Shown piece after piece: positions 51,226 to 64,000 of a stretch of 64,000 bases of DNA. The notes below the pieces were generated by a model. The model ran no database searches and had not been told where the DNA came from. It worked only from the letters and a program-made list of their open reading frames with translations. The translations under genes were made by a program, and so were the position numbers. The DNA is taken from assembly GCA_010093705.1 (NCBI GenBank), contig MU006089.1, forward strand, positions 1,661,561 to 1,725,560, given 5' to 3'. The first letter of the stretch is position 1. Each line of letters starts with the position of its first letter. This stretch comes from Patellaria atrata CBS 101060. Lineage: Eukaryota.

Positions 51226-53760
51226 TTAACGTGTCGACCTATGTGCGATATCAGGTTCAACAATCGTGACTAGCATTTTTTTAATTCGCTCACTACAGTC
51301 ATTAGCAGGAAGGAACATCATGACACCAATTCCTTTAAAGACCCCAGTTTTGTCATCGAGACGACGAAGGATTAAAGCTCGTTCATAACCAATGCCGAGT
51401 TTAACATTTGAAATATCCGTACATATGTGGACGCAGTAGATTGGTTTTCCAACCAGATATCTACATTCCGCTTCTCGGTCGATACGAGCATTATGCATCT
51501 TATCTCCATTTCTCGTAATATCAGCAAGTTTATAGGTCAAGTAGTCTACGAACTGGCTAATTGTAGCCTCGACTACTGAACCCTTGAGTCGTAGATATCC
51601 CGAAGAAGTCTCGCCGAATCGATTCTTCGAACTCTTCGCCTCAAAGCGATATTCCAATACCGTGGTGTGATATTTCGACCCGAGCCCGGGACTCTGAAAT
51701 CCAATCAACAGCACGTCGAGTAGACGCCCAAGACCAAGACGAAGCCATGTAAGTTGAAGCTTCCAATTCTGTTTGGTCGTTTCTTGATACTACTATCCAC
51801 AACAGGCCCCTGAGAATATCATTCTCCATAGCCCTGCAAGATACTTGCCCATACCCCTTTGACGACCAAGGTGGCATTCGCTCGAATCAAATCCGGCAAA
51901 ACAACGAATACTATGAGCGTTGAATAGATAATCTCCAGCCCATCGAGTCGCCAACCCCGAAAGAGTAGGTAGAATATCCAATGTTTTTGATATATCTTTT
52001 TTCGAATACTGAGCGATAAGATCGTACCATAACACAAATAAGTCGTGCGGATCCGATGCCTTTTCTGCCGAGTATGAAGCGAATCGACGAGGGAATAGAA
52101 GTGGATCACCTGTAAACTCGTCCATTGCACTGCATTCACAATTAAGGCTGATTAAACATTCGTACACGATCTCATGTGATGTATAGTGCAGAATCCGTTG
52201 TCTAAGTAGACGTTCCTGGAAGTATCAGCAGCGTCACATGATCGGGTAGTCGTCATTGCCGCGAATCGTAAACTGATGGCGAGTTGTACGGCTTGAACGA
52301 GTGCCACCTATGTCCCAAACCAAATATGCCATGGGAGCGGGGCTCCCTAATAAATATTGAAAAAGGCAATTCATCAATATCTTCTCCATTTATCTCTATA
52401 GCCTTAGGTCTTTGATAAAAGCAATCACCATCTCCATCAGACGGTGATGTTGCAAAGTGGCTAGAAAAGCGCGTTGATATATATCTGCCATGTTTACAGC
52501 CTCTTCCTCCCAATCACCCCCATCATCTTGAATAATGTACAGCGAATCTATCCACACATATTTGACCCCTAATTGTCGTGCGATAATAACGGCATCCTGG
52601 AAAATCTTCGGTAGTAGCCTCCACGGTATATTCACCTTCCACTTTTCAAGCGACGCTTTTTCAGTAATCACATGGCGACTCTTGCCCTAACAGTGATTAA
52701 GAGCTATGCATGGCAGGGGATCTTCGTTTGAAATGAACAGTTTGATATTCTAATAGTCATCTTTCTCGCCTATGTATAGACAGCGTTTGGGCAGATTCCA
52801 TTCTCCAATCTTGCAAAGAGGGTGTTCCTGGGAGCATTTCTGGATCCAATTCTTGATCATGTTGAAAAAATCGCCTGACATTGAGTTTTCAGGTAAATTG
52901 CGCGTATTTCCGCCAATAGCTTCATGAGATAAATCACGAGGATGATACATTTACATAGAATGACCTATATATGGCAAAGGACTGTGCTGTCTTTATGTTG
53001 ATCAGCTCAAAGTTAGCTGGAGTGGAGGGAAAGAGACTGATTGTTTTGTGGATACGATAGAACAGCTCTTTTAGATTCCGCAGTATTTGAAAACGACATA
53101 CCTTGCAACGTATAAAATTCAAGGGAAAGTTGATTTCTAGTATCATGGTCACCTACCCCTTTTGCGAGAGGGTCATTTATAGGACCCGTAAACGCAATAT
53201 CGTAGACCCAAACTCTCAGTATTCCACCTTTGAAATATACCATTTCGATATATTTCCCTTCATCCTGAAAGTCAATCGGTCTATCCGTACGGGTTACGAT
53301 TCCCTCATGCAAGAGCCAGCATGACGGACAACTATTCTCTGCTTCCCTTACTATATCAATCAACTGCGCCGTAACTTGCCAAGCTGTCAAGTCGAATCTC
53401 GAAAGTCCGGCCCATGATGGGATAGGGTCTAGGTCCTTCCCAGATTCTCTAAGTAGAGCGGTTCGCTCTGTACCACTATGTTCGTCCACGAAGATGTCTT
53501 CTCGAAAGCCACGCAGCACAGGCGCTGTTTCTGAGTTGAAATTCGTGCACGTGTAACAGTAAGATTCATGGGAGCTAAGTTTTTTCCAATCATCCGCGGA
53601 AGACAGTGCAGGACGTGTATGTTTAAGCGTTTGGGTAGTTTGCAAGTGTGCGAGAACAAGATGTTCGTCAAAAGGGGGCGTCCTGAAAATAATATCCTCC
53701 AATTGGACGTTCTTTTGCAAATGTAGGATTATTCTTTCAAGTAAATACCGTATGGCTTCA
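51226..53760 (-). pseudogene. Second HET-domain gene, pseudogenised
   Basis: HET motifs are spread across frames: IKNWIQKCSQEHPLC..LPKR, ALNHC*GK (TAG at 52687-52689 in place of Trp), LPKIFQDAV..LGVKYVWIDSLYIIQDD..DWEEE..MADIY, FQERLL, YLAGLW, SSWSWAS. Multiple frameshifts. Confidence 0.85.
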
Positions 53761-54126
53761 CAGTTGGGGCAGTTCAGCCCAGATAAGGGGGGCTAGATCC
53801 CGGTCAGTTTCAGGCACCCATATCTGATATATGGGGGCGAGGTTGAAAGTATATACGGGATAGACTGAACATGATGTGATCAAACAGAATAAAATTTATT
53901 GAAACACTGCGTAACTCCTCGTAGGAAGAAGTAGAGCAGTAGTTAGGTGGTAAGGCAGATAGCATCACCGAAGTGGGGCATGCTATGAACGAATTAATAC
54001 GGTCGGATATGTAAAACCCAGGACCTCCTCCCCATTCATTCGCAAAATAATTTATGATTTCTACAAACCCGGTCATTTATGATATCGCTGATGATTTGAT
54101 CAGTGTCAGTAGTACATAAGAGTACC

Positions 54127-54887
54127 ATGGCATTCACTATACCGGAGAAGCACTACTTCAGTTCTCTAGAAGCCGTTCCTAATAATTACCTACCGGCTCT
54201 GGTATATCGGAACGTCTTACCGTCTCCTGTTTCGAATGATTCGGCACAGAAACTTTGTGAAAGAAATCACTGGGAGAAAAGGGTGAGATTTTTATGTGAG
54301 CAGTTGTAATTTTTATGTTGCGCTGCGAGACAAACGTCTGAATCCTTTTTGCTTACGAGAACTATTCCAGGGAGAATGGGGAGCAATAACAACTGCACAT
54401 TTCCATCCGAACACACATGAATGTTATGGTATTGGACCCAATTTCTGAACTGGTATCCACAGTGCATACATAACGTTTTAAAGCTATTTTTCGAGGATCT
54501 TCCCGTCTTGTCCTAGGTCGTTCAATATCGGATGACGATCCCAATGGCATCGAGATAGATGTGTCGGCTGGTGATGTTGTCGTAGTACCTGCGGGTGTAT
54601 CGCACCGCTCACTAACGAGTGAAGCGGGTTACAAATACATTGGAGTATATCCAGAGGTAAGCTTCGCCCCTAATATTTTCCGATTATAGCTCAAACTATA
54701 CGTTCAGACTGCTCCTAAATGGAGGAATAACTGGTGCAAAGGAGAAGAAGATATGCGGAGCTTAGCGACGGAGATCGATAATGTTGAAATACCGGCACAC
54801 GACCCAGTCTTCGGTGAAAACGGTCCGTTAGTTGAGATATGGAGGAAAGCGAAGGAGAATCATGAGATTGAAATTAAAAAAGTATGA
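54127..54887 (+). CDS. Cupin-domain protein (YjlB-like)
   Basis: VPNNYLPALVYRNVL, HFHPNTHECY, AGDVVVVPAGVSH, IGVYPE, IPAHDPVFGENGPL. Three introns. Confidence 0.88.
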
Positions 54888-54935
54888 CTACAAAATAACG
54901 AAACCCAGACAGGTAACTGAGCTTACACTGAAGTA

Positions 54936-55478
54936 TTATGCTTCCCCGGTTTGTAGCTTTTCAACGAACTTCTTATGTATGCCTCTCCAATTGCTCTCAC
55001 ACTTCCCCTTTACAGTACCCATTAACAGACGTGAGCACTTAATTTCCACATCTTCGACTAGACACCAATTTGTATCCTCACCTAACTCAGCTTTGTCATC
55101 GTTGGTAGCCTCCACAACCCTCCAGAATGTCCTTTGTACGAGTCCCAGAGGGGCCTTGATGAGCCATTCAACGCCATCATCGATATCTGTGATCTCTGCG
55201 TCGAAGGAGACGGTGCTGTCCCATAGTCCCGCTGGTAGAGCATGCATGTGGTCTGTTACGTGATAATACTTCGTCTTTCGCTGTACCGTTCTATTTGGCT
55301 CAGGAACTGTTTTATCACCGAAGGATGAAGGATTTGTACGTTCCTCGTAGTGTGCGAGTTCGGGATCAAGCTGAATTAGGAGGTCATGGTTATGGACTAG
55401 GGAGATGGCTCCTGATTGTGTACATGGAGGAAGCGGAGTGCGGTGGTGCAGCTTCACTGTAGTTGAGAAAAGGGACAT
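54936..55478 (-). CDS. Conserved fungal hypothetical protein (180 aa)
   Basis: Intact ATG-to-stop ORF with globular composition (LVHNHDLLIQLDP, GVEWLIKAPLGL, LVEDVEIKCSRLLMGTVK). Confidence 0.75.
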   Translation of the reverse strand: MSLFSTTVKLHHRTPLPPCTQSGAISLVHNHDLLIQLDPELAHYEERTNPSSFGDKTVPEPNRTVQRKTKYYHVTDHMHALPAGLWDSTVSFDAEITDIDDGVEWLIKAPLGLVQRTFWRVVEATNDDKAELGEDTNWCLVEDVEIKCSRLLMGTVKGKCESNWRGIHKKFVEKLQTGEA

Positions 55479-56164
55479 AACGAGCTACCTTCTCAACGTA
55501 AAACGGGTATACGAGATGAGATGATGTACGGAAATGAGATCTTTATCTTAGCAAACCAGCTCCCGAGAAGGACCATTCTGTACATATGAAGAGAGATAGC
55601 CGCTAGTGAAGGGGGAGTTAGCAATCAACCTGTTTTAGGGTTTCATGATACTGTATCCAAGGGCAATTGTGACTTACGATAATTTAACTCTTGTTTTACA
55701 AAGGTTTCAACATTCAAGAAAGCAGTACGGAGTAGGCCTAAAATCGTAAATGGAGCGGAAATCTTGGCATGCACCTTGCACATGCACCATGACTTCTCGA
55801 ATAAGTCTCACAGGCAGACATCTGCAAGAAGAATGCGCGTACTGCGTCCTCGGACACGTACGAAAGCGTGTTCTCCGAAGGTGTGAATACATTACCCTTT
55901 CTAAATCTCTCTTTATAAAATTTACGAATAAATTTAGTTGTGAAAGCTTATAGAAATAAGGATTCGCAGTGTGAACATCCGGCCCCAACGTCCCCACAAT
56001 CGGACAGTGCCTATCATACTGTATACTGGCTTCACAGATGAAGACTTCCTTATCCACTGCGAAGTTCAGGACAAAAGCTACCTACACCTTTCTTTGCAAG
56101 CAATGACCTTGACATCATCGTCTCCGGTCCGTTGCGGTCTATATCTATCGACCGCCCCTCCGCC

Positions 56165-59100
56165 ATGGACCGCTCTACGGCTGCCTCCCCCATGAATAAC
56201 TCACCCCTCGGCGTAGAGTTACGTGACCTCTTGAGTAGTTTGAAAAGGGCTTCTTCGAATACTTTCGACCTTCATTCCGCCGAGTCCCTCCAATTCCAAT
56301 GTGATGACCTCCGCCGTGTCCGACAGCTTCTGATTGAATCGGGAGCTTCAGTTCAGATTAAGGATGTATTCCGTCATAGTCATGGTTTCAATATACTGTT
56401 AGACACATTTCGTTCCGTGTCTGGCTTTTATAACCCTACAAAATTGTCAAGAGATGAAAAAATAGAGTTCTTCGAGTTGCTTAAGGCTACTCTGGATGTG
56501 CTTTCAGAAGCAGTACATGAACACCCTGGTAATAGGAGGTTTTTTACAAAACGTGTTGAGGGTGGAGGATGGAGGGCTCTGGAACAAGCTATTGCCAGCA
56601 CTGGTTTGGGTGCTAGTAACTCCACTGAGAGCCCCGTCGCTCGTCTAGGACAGGAACAATTGTTTGGCTGCTTGTTTTCGTTTGCTCTAGGGGAAGAGAC
56701 TATGAATAGCACGTTTAGAGATATCGAGAAGGTTGCGTCTCAAACGAAACCAGGTCTTAAAGAACGGAAATGTGGGAAAACTGAAAGCGATATAGAGGAT
56801 GGAACATCGGAGGTCCTACTTCGGCTTCGACCTCATCTAAAAAGTCTTTTCTCGGGAACTGAGGTTCTTCGCAATCCAGATATCATCCCAATCATCTTCT
56901 CTTTCTGGACCGTTCTTATTTCGGAAACAGGGTCGGCCACAAATTCAGAGGCACTAGCGATTGCAGTTCTACTAGGACTTCAATCTATCATTGAGCTTTC
57001 GACCTATAATAAAATCGCAGTCCACACTAGCGGAATCTTAAGCGGAATCCTCAAGCATTTCCTTGGTCCGAACAAGTCTTCTGGCATTCATACTCTACTG
57101 AAAGAGATTGCATATTCTTTGGGTGAGATCGGACTCAACGATCTTAATGATGCATATTTCCTATATCGCGAAGCATCTCACTCTGATAAAGCCGGTGAGT
57201 TTCTGCTTGATAGTATGAGGCAGTCAAGTATGCCACCTTTCATACAATTTGATCTCTCTCTACATGGCTTCAGTTCCTTGGAGCTACCAAGTCTGGGAGG
57301 CCAGTTCCCCCCTGGATCTTCTAGTGCAGGCTACACCCTGACCGCTTGGATACGAGTAGATCAGTATGACAAGAACTGCCACACGACTATATTTGGAGTC
57401 TGTGACCCTAGTCAGACATGCTTTGTTCTAGCGTATTTGGAAAAGGAGTCACAACATTTCATACTACAAACGTCCATTACCTCTTCGAGACCTAGTGTGC
57501 GTTTTAGGACCACAGTCTTCAAGGAAGGGATATGGTACCATATCGCCGTAGTACATCGAAGACCGAAGAATATGTCTTCGAGTCGAGCTTCGCTCTATGT
57601 TAATGGAGAATTTGCAGAACAAGTCAAATGTCAATATCCAGCCAGTCCGCCAATTTCCAATGGTAGTACTGAGAGCTTTGCATCCTTGTCATCCTCAGTT
57701 TCCAAACCTGCTCCAGTACAAGCATTCCTGGGCACACCCCAAGATCTTGCTACACGGTTAGGCCGGAAAGTGGTCTCATCCAGATGGTCCCTAGCGTCCT
57801 TCCATCTATTCCAGGACGCTTTATCAGACGAGTTGCTTGCTGTTCATCAAAAACTAGGACCTAGGTATAGCGGCAACTTTCAAGATTGTTTAGGGTCATT
57901 TCAGACTTATAGGGCATCTGCTGAGTTGAACCTTCGAAATGAGGTCCTTCATCCTGGACGAGAGGAGAAATCGGAAATTGTTTCAGCTATCCGTCTTAAG
58001 GCTAGCTTACTACTCCCGGAGTCACGAGTATTGTTGAGTATATCTCCGTCTTCTGTACTGGACGACGATGATAGGAATAATGTGGATGAATCTCAACTCA
58101 TAAAATCATTATCTAAAGACGCAGCGCGAAGTCTTCAACATCTTATCCGTATCAAAGGAAGTGCTGTTGTTATTAACTCCGCCATACCATCTATAAATGA
58201 AGCTCTCACTCATCCCCATGGAGTAGGTATATTAACGGGAGAACCCATCGTGGTAGTACCTCAACCTCTTGATGATGCCAGTTGGCGTGTTGCTGGTTGT
58301 GCTGCAATTGGGCTGAAGATGGTAGAATTAGCGCAAAGTAAAGAAAAATTACTCCGTGCTGTGAACATTCTCTTCGAATCTATCCAGGGTAGCTGGAGAA
58401 ATAGCGAATCTATGGAGAAAGAGAACGGCTTTGCTGTCCTGGCCGCCCTTCTCCGTGAGAAGCTTGGTTACGGCACGCTCTCAGGGAATGGTCCAAGCAA
58501 AACAGAGTCTGCGCTGATATCGCCTGTCGAACGCGACTCATTAGCATTAGACTTGTTAAAAGCTATCCTGACGTTTGTAGGTTACGATTTTGAACATCCT
58601 GAAGAATCAATCATTATCAACCCTCTTGCATATAGGGTACTGCTTGTCGACTTCGACATGTGGAGACGAACTTCCCTTGAATCGCAGAAACTATATTATA
58701 GTCAATTTATCTGTTTTTCAAAGGAAAGTAAAAACCATCATTTTAATTCGAAGCGGTTATCTAGAATGCGTATGTATCAAATTCAAAACTTCCCGTATAG
58801 TCTGCTCACAATCTTTTAGGTATCGTCAAGAGACTCTTGGATGCGTTGAAGGGTGAGGCGTTTACCAAAGAAATAATGCCTCACTTTTTGAAAGCCTTCA
58901 GGTCGTTAGTCCAATGTAGTATGTCAGGGGATATTCACAGAGCAATATCTCTTTTCATTACCTCCGCTTTGCATGATAGCCGTGCAAACAGTGGTCGGAT
59001 TCTACGATCTAAGAGCAGCGCTATCCATCTACGTCCTAAAGATGGGACGCCTTCCGTTACTCCCATGCTTCTCACTCCCCGTTCTGGAAGTCCAAATCCT

Positions 59101-62100
59101 ACAATCGGTTTTAACGAATTATCCCGTGCGGAACTGGGTATCAGGGTGCTCGACATGTATACAGAATTACTCTGTGAACGAGACAGCAACAATGATATCA
59201 AGAAGTTTGCTAGAAATATCACAAACAAAGTAAGCTTGTAAAATCATCTCTCAAGAAACGTATTGACCTTTGTAGTGGTTATTGTATCTTCTTGCTGAAA
59301 GGGAGCCAAGAGTGATTGTTCTTGGTCTCAAAATCCTCTCGCGCCTCTTGATCGTCCATGGTTCTACTTACGTCAAGAAATTCGCAGACAAAACAGGGGG
59401 CTTTGAAATACTCCGCTATAGACTCAAACCGTGGTGGAATACACCAGCTGTTTGGACGATCTGTTTTGCCATCTTCCTAGGAGTTGATGTGGCGCAGATT
59501 GATTTCGAACGTGACTTTGATCTATTCAATCTGACAGACACATTCTTCCACAAAAATCTTCAAGTCGCTTATCCTGAAATATTGCCTGTGATTTCTGCGA
59601 TGCTTGAGACAGGATTGCAGGCAATTGTTCTCGATGCGGAGACTCCTGGGACGCCAACAAAGCCTGGGCGAGAAGGTAGTAAAATGAAGAGAGCAGATGC
59701 GGCCTTGAAGACGCATCTTAGACATAGATCTATGTCCCTCAACTCAGAACGAGAATCAAGTCGTAAGTGACATGAGTAGTGTGAAAGACTTGACTTACAT
59801 ATATAGGATCTGCTCAACATTCCAATGAACGGGTGATGGACTCAGGGGCGGTGTTACAGACAGTCATCCAGTTCTTAACGGATCTCCATATGCGGTCCCA
59901 GAAGTTCAGGGATTTTGCCTCGACGTCAAATTATGTAGAAAGCTTGCTCTTCGTCCTCTACCCAGTCATTGTTACATCCGATCATGTTAGCGCAGAGACC
60001 GAACTTCACTCCCGCGGTTCAGCCCTAACTTTCGAGGGCGAAGATGTAGTGATAAAGTCACATTCAAGTTCAAACGACGCTCATCTGATCGTACGGACCA
60101 CAGCAGTTGACCCTCCTCCAAGTCCTTCCACACAAAGATACCTTTCGTTACGACGTGGTTCCTCGTTCATCCTAGTTACGTCAGATAAACTTCAAAACCG
60201 ATCATCTAGCGCTCGCCTAGATCCCATATTATCCCCCCAAAAGACGGCTCCCGTAGCCTTAAAAGTAGGAAATGCAATAGTCGAAGCACTTCTCGAAGCT
60301 GTGGTTGCAGTATTCATGGACCAGGTGTTTCAAAGAAAGGACTTTCAGAGTTTTGGACTCTATTTGAAGGTACCTCCAGGATTTCAAGAACATCAAGCTT
60401 ACTTTGGATCGTACGTTCTTCGACACACGATGTCAGCAATATCGAATAGTATTCAGTTCGAACAGAAATTAGTTTGCGAGCCCAGAGTCTTGACCAACCT
60501 TGCACGGTACTGCTCACATATGGCAGAGGCAGTTTTCGAAGGTTGGTTTCTGAACGGTGCAGAACCACTTCTGGACTTTATTGGCAACTTACTGGACTTT
60601 CTCCAGCGTCCTGATATCGCTAAGATTAAGAGTGTTCGATTGTGTGCTCAACCGATTTCTTCAATCAGGACGGTCTTCATGCGCGTCTCTCTGCTGCTTC
60701 TGTCGGAGCTCGATGAAGCCGAAACTGATGCAGAATCTATTCAAATCTTAGAGAAACTGACGTACTGGCAAACAGTGATTCTTTCCCCCGAGAATATGGA
60801 CGGGTACTACCTACGCCTAATTTGCTACTTAGTCTACACTAAGATGATCAAGTCTCCACTGAACGTTAGGTTATCAGCAGCAAACTTCTGGAGGATGTGT
60901 CTCGTACATAAACCCGAAGAATCTGCACTTATATTGACCCAGTCGTCAACATATGATCAGAAACTGTTGAATGCTGGTTTCATGAAACTAGTTGAATTGG
61001 ATAACGAAGCTTTCCTAGAGTGGGTCGATACGCATCGTGGAGAACTGGATACCAACTTTTTCGGTGCAATCTCTAAGGTTTGGGAAGAATTTGTGATAGA
61101 AGAAAATCGCAGAACGGAGGATACAGCTCGAACCAGAGTTACAAAGCGAAAAGAGAAACTCAAACAGTGGCAGACTACAGAAGCTAATACCGACAACATT
61201 TGGCATCGCCATGAGCTTTCAACTAATCACTGGAGAGCGAACATCTATGCTTCCGAGAGGTTGAAATATCAACGATCTTTGCAAGACCAGCAAGATAACC
61301 TAAGTTTTGTATCCTCAATGCTAGAGAAATTGGATCAGATTCTAAAAGGTCCTTGTAAGCTTTTCGAGGACGAAGAAACCCCGAGTAAGAGTCACCTTGA
61401 TGAAACGGAAGGTCGAAACCGTGTGAGGTTACGCATACTTCCAGACAAGAAACCCCGGCAGGATGACTTCCAACCTAAGAGGAAAGAGTCAGGCTTCGTG
61501 CCCAAGTCGAAACTTAAAGTCGACACAGCTGTCCCACAGATAACACAGTCAATGGGTATGAGTCCAACAACCGCAAAAGGTCCAAGCGACGTGCTAGTAG
61601 ATAGAACACGACCTCGATCAACAAGCGATGCACTTGGAGATCCTGTCGCTGAAGACGATTTTGAGATGGTCGACGACCCAAAAGAAGATGACGACGGCTT
61701 TGAAGATAAGAACCGCAAAGTAATGCGCAGTCTACAAAGGGGTGATCAAGTCCAACATGTTTGCAATGTTTCAAGAATCATTGGTTTGGAAGCCTGTGAG
61801 GGATTGTTGATCCTAGGGAAAGACTCTTTATATCTACTTGATGATTTCTTCCAGCGGTCGGATGGAGAAATCGTAAGAGTAGCTCAGGCACCCACAGAAG
61901 AGCGGGATGCGTATTTGCAGATGATATCTGGAAGAGAAACGAGTACTAAGAAAGCACAGTCGAGATCGGATGAGCAAAGTACACGACACTGGCAGTGGAT
62001 CGAGGTCATCAGTATCTCCAAACGTCGATTCCTTTTCCGTGATGTCGCGATCGAAATCTTCTTTGCGGACGGTCGAAGTTATCTCTTGACAGCCATCTCT

Positions 62101-64000
62101 CCGCAACTTCGAAATGATTTGTATTCCAAATTAATGGTCCGGGCTCCTCACGTTAACAATCCATCTTCTTTGATGCTATCAGAAGATGCCTGGAGAATTG
62201 AATCATTACGAAACCCAGACGACGTTCCACAAACCATAGGTTCGAGATTCACAAGCGTGTTCAATTCAACGGCATCAAACCCTGCCACTAGGAGATGGGT
62301 TAAGGGCGAAATATCAAATTTTCACTATCTGATGCTCGTCAATACCTTAGCAGGAAGGACGTTTAACGATCTGACGCAATATCCTGTCTTCCCATGGGTG
62401 GTAGCTGATTATACCAGTGAAGAACTAGACCTCACCAATCCCAGAACATTCCGGGACTTCTCAAAACCGATGGGTTGTCAAACTGCTGCTAGAGAAGCTG
62501 AATTTAGGGATCGATATGTATCCTTTGGTGAGATGGGCGACCACAATGCTCCAGCATTTCACTACGGTACACATTACTCGTCCGCAATGATCGTTTCTTC
62601 ATATCTCATTCGATTGCAACCATTTGTTCAGTCATATCTCCTATTACAAGGAGGCAGTTTCGATCATGCAGACCGACTTTTTTCGTCCATTGAACGTGCT
62701 TGGCTTTCCGCCTCTCGAGACAACATGACGGACGTACGGGAACTGACTCCCGAGTTCTTTTATCTTCCGGAGTTCCTGATCAACAGTAACGGTTACAATT
62801 TCGGTTTTAAACAAGGCACAGGGGAGAAGATTGACGATGTTACCTTGCCCCCTTGGGCGAAAGGAGATCCTCACATATTCATCGCAAAACACCGAGAAGC
62901 CCTTGAGAGCCCATACGTCAGCAAGCACCTACACCAGTGGATTGATCTTGTCTTTGGGTTCAAGCAGCGTGGAGATACCGCCATTGATGCGGTAAACGTT
63001 TTCCATCATCTCTCTTATCACGGTGCCAAAGATCTAGACACGATAGAAGATCCAGTCGAGCGTCTTGCCACAATTGGCATCATACACAACTTCGGCCAGA
63101 CACCTCACCAAGTCTTCCAGAAATCCCACGTTCGCCGTGAAGAAGCGTCACAGCGATACAAACGGCTAGACAATGCCTCGGAATCGCTAGCCCGTCTCCC
63201 CTTCCCGCTGCTCGAGTCTCACGAGAGGGTGTCTTCGCTCCTCTACTCGCCGAAGTACGATCGTCTTCTCTGCTCCGCCGCTTTTAGAATCAATATCCCG
63301 CCAAACTATGAGAGGTACATGGAATGGGGTTTCGCGGACGGAAGCGTACGGTTCTACGCCGCAGACTCGAAGAAGTTGATCGGCTTGTTCGAGCACATAC
63401 ACCAAGGCCAGATATCTTGCGCGACCTTCCTAGATAGCAAGACCCTCATAACGGCGGGTACCGACTGCACCATCTCCACGTGGACAGTTTCGCCGGGAGC
63501 GAAGACTATCGATCTACAGCCTCGCGCTACGCTCTTCGGGCACCGGAAGCCGGTCACTGTACTCGCGGCTAGCAAGGCCTTCAGTACCTTCCTCTCCGCC
63601 GGTAGCGACGGGAAAGTTTTCCTCTGGGACCTAAACCGGCTCGAGTATATCCGGGAAGTCGACAACGGGAACCGACCCGTTGAATGCGCCAGGGTGAACA
63701 ATGTCAACGGGCAGATCATGCTCGGCTGCGGGAGACGGGTGAGGCTCTTCACGCTAAACGGCCATCTACTGCTCGATCAGGATGTCTGCGCCAAGGGCGA
63801 GGACGACGAGGTGGTTAGCTGTGCGTTCTACGAGGGCGTTGGGAACGAGTGGTTGGAGCGGGAATTGGTGTTCACGGGACACAGGAGGGGGAGGGTCAAT
63901 GTGAGTATATCATCCCGCCTTTAGTCGAGTCACTCGACTCGACACACTTCCGTCCTTCATGGTTAATCCGTTTTGCGATAGATATGGAGTAAAATCGTCG
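56165..64000 (+). CDS. BPH1: Beige/BEACH-domain protein (ConA-like, PH-BEACH, WD40), 3' end beyond the window
   Basis: RWVKGEISNFHYLMLVNTLAGRTFNDLTQYPVFPWV, FHYGTHYSS, DVRELTPEFFYLPEF, LHQWIDLVFG, HNFGQTP and WD40 repeats. Introns near 58770, 59230, 59763 and 63901. Confidence 0.93.

Noticed and set aside
63923..63939. AGTCGAGT-C-ACTCGACT near-palindrome in a BEACH intron
   Set aside because: Short, single instance with no supporting context.

Overview
This window is gene-dense, intron-containing DNA from a filamentous ascomycete (Pezizomycotina; a Dothideomycete-like genome is my guess). Evidence is GT-AG introns with CTRAY branch points and fungal-type proteins. Positions ~1-39 kb and ~54-64 kb hold mostly conserved genes: eIF4G, a small Gly-rich LEA-like protein, enoyl-CoA hydratase, RER1, betaine lipid synthase BTA1, complex I subunit NUXM, Aquarius/Cwf11, TFB2, a PHD protein, a Baeyer-Villiger monooxygenase, Rds1, Sec4, NCA2, a cupin, and a BEACH/WD40 protein cut off by the window end. 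The ~39.5-54 kb stretch looks like an accessory island, with an intact HET gene, a cyclase-family hydrolase, a BTB protein, and decayed kinase-like, membrane-protein and HET pseudogenes. The most notable observations are a MULE/FAR1-derived DNA-binding protein with a coiled coil and no transposase core, two in-frame stop-free introns in eIF4G, a tRNA-headed SINE-like Pol III unit, a G-free microsatellite intron, a hairpin over the start codon of a predicted myristoylated BTB protein, unannotated spliced small genes, and a recurring C-rich to G-rich flip inside genes. All calls come from reading the sequence; no database searches were run.
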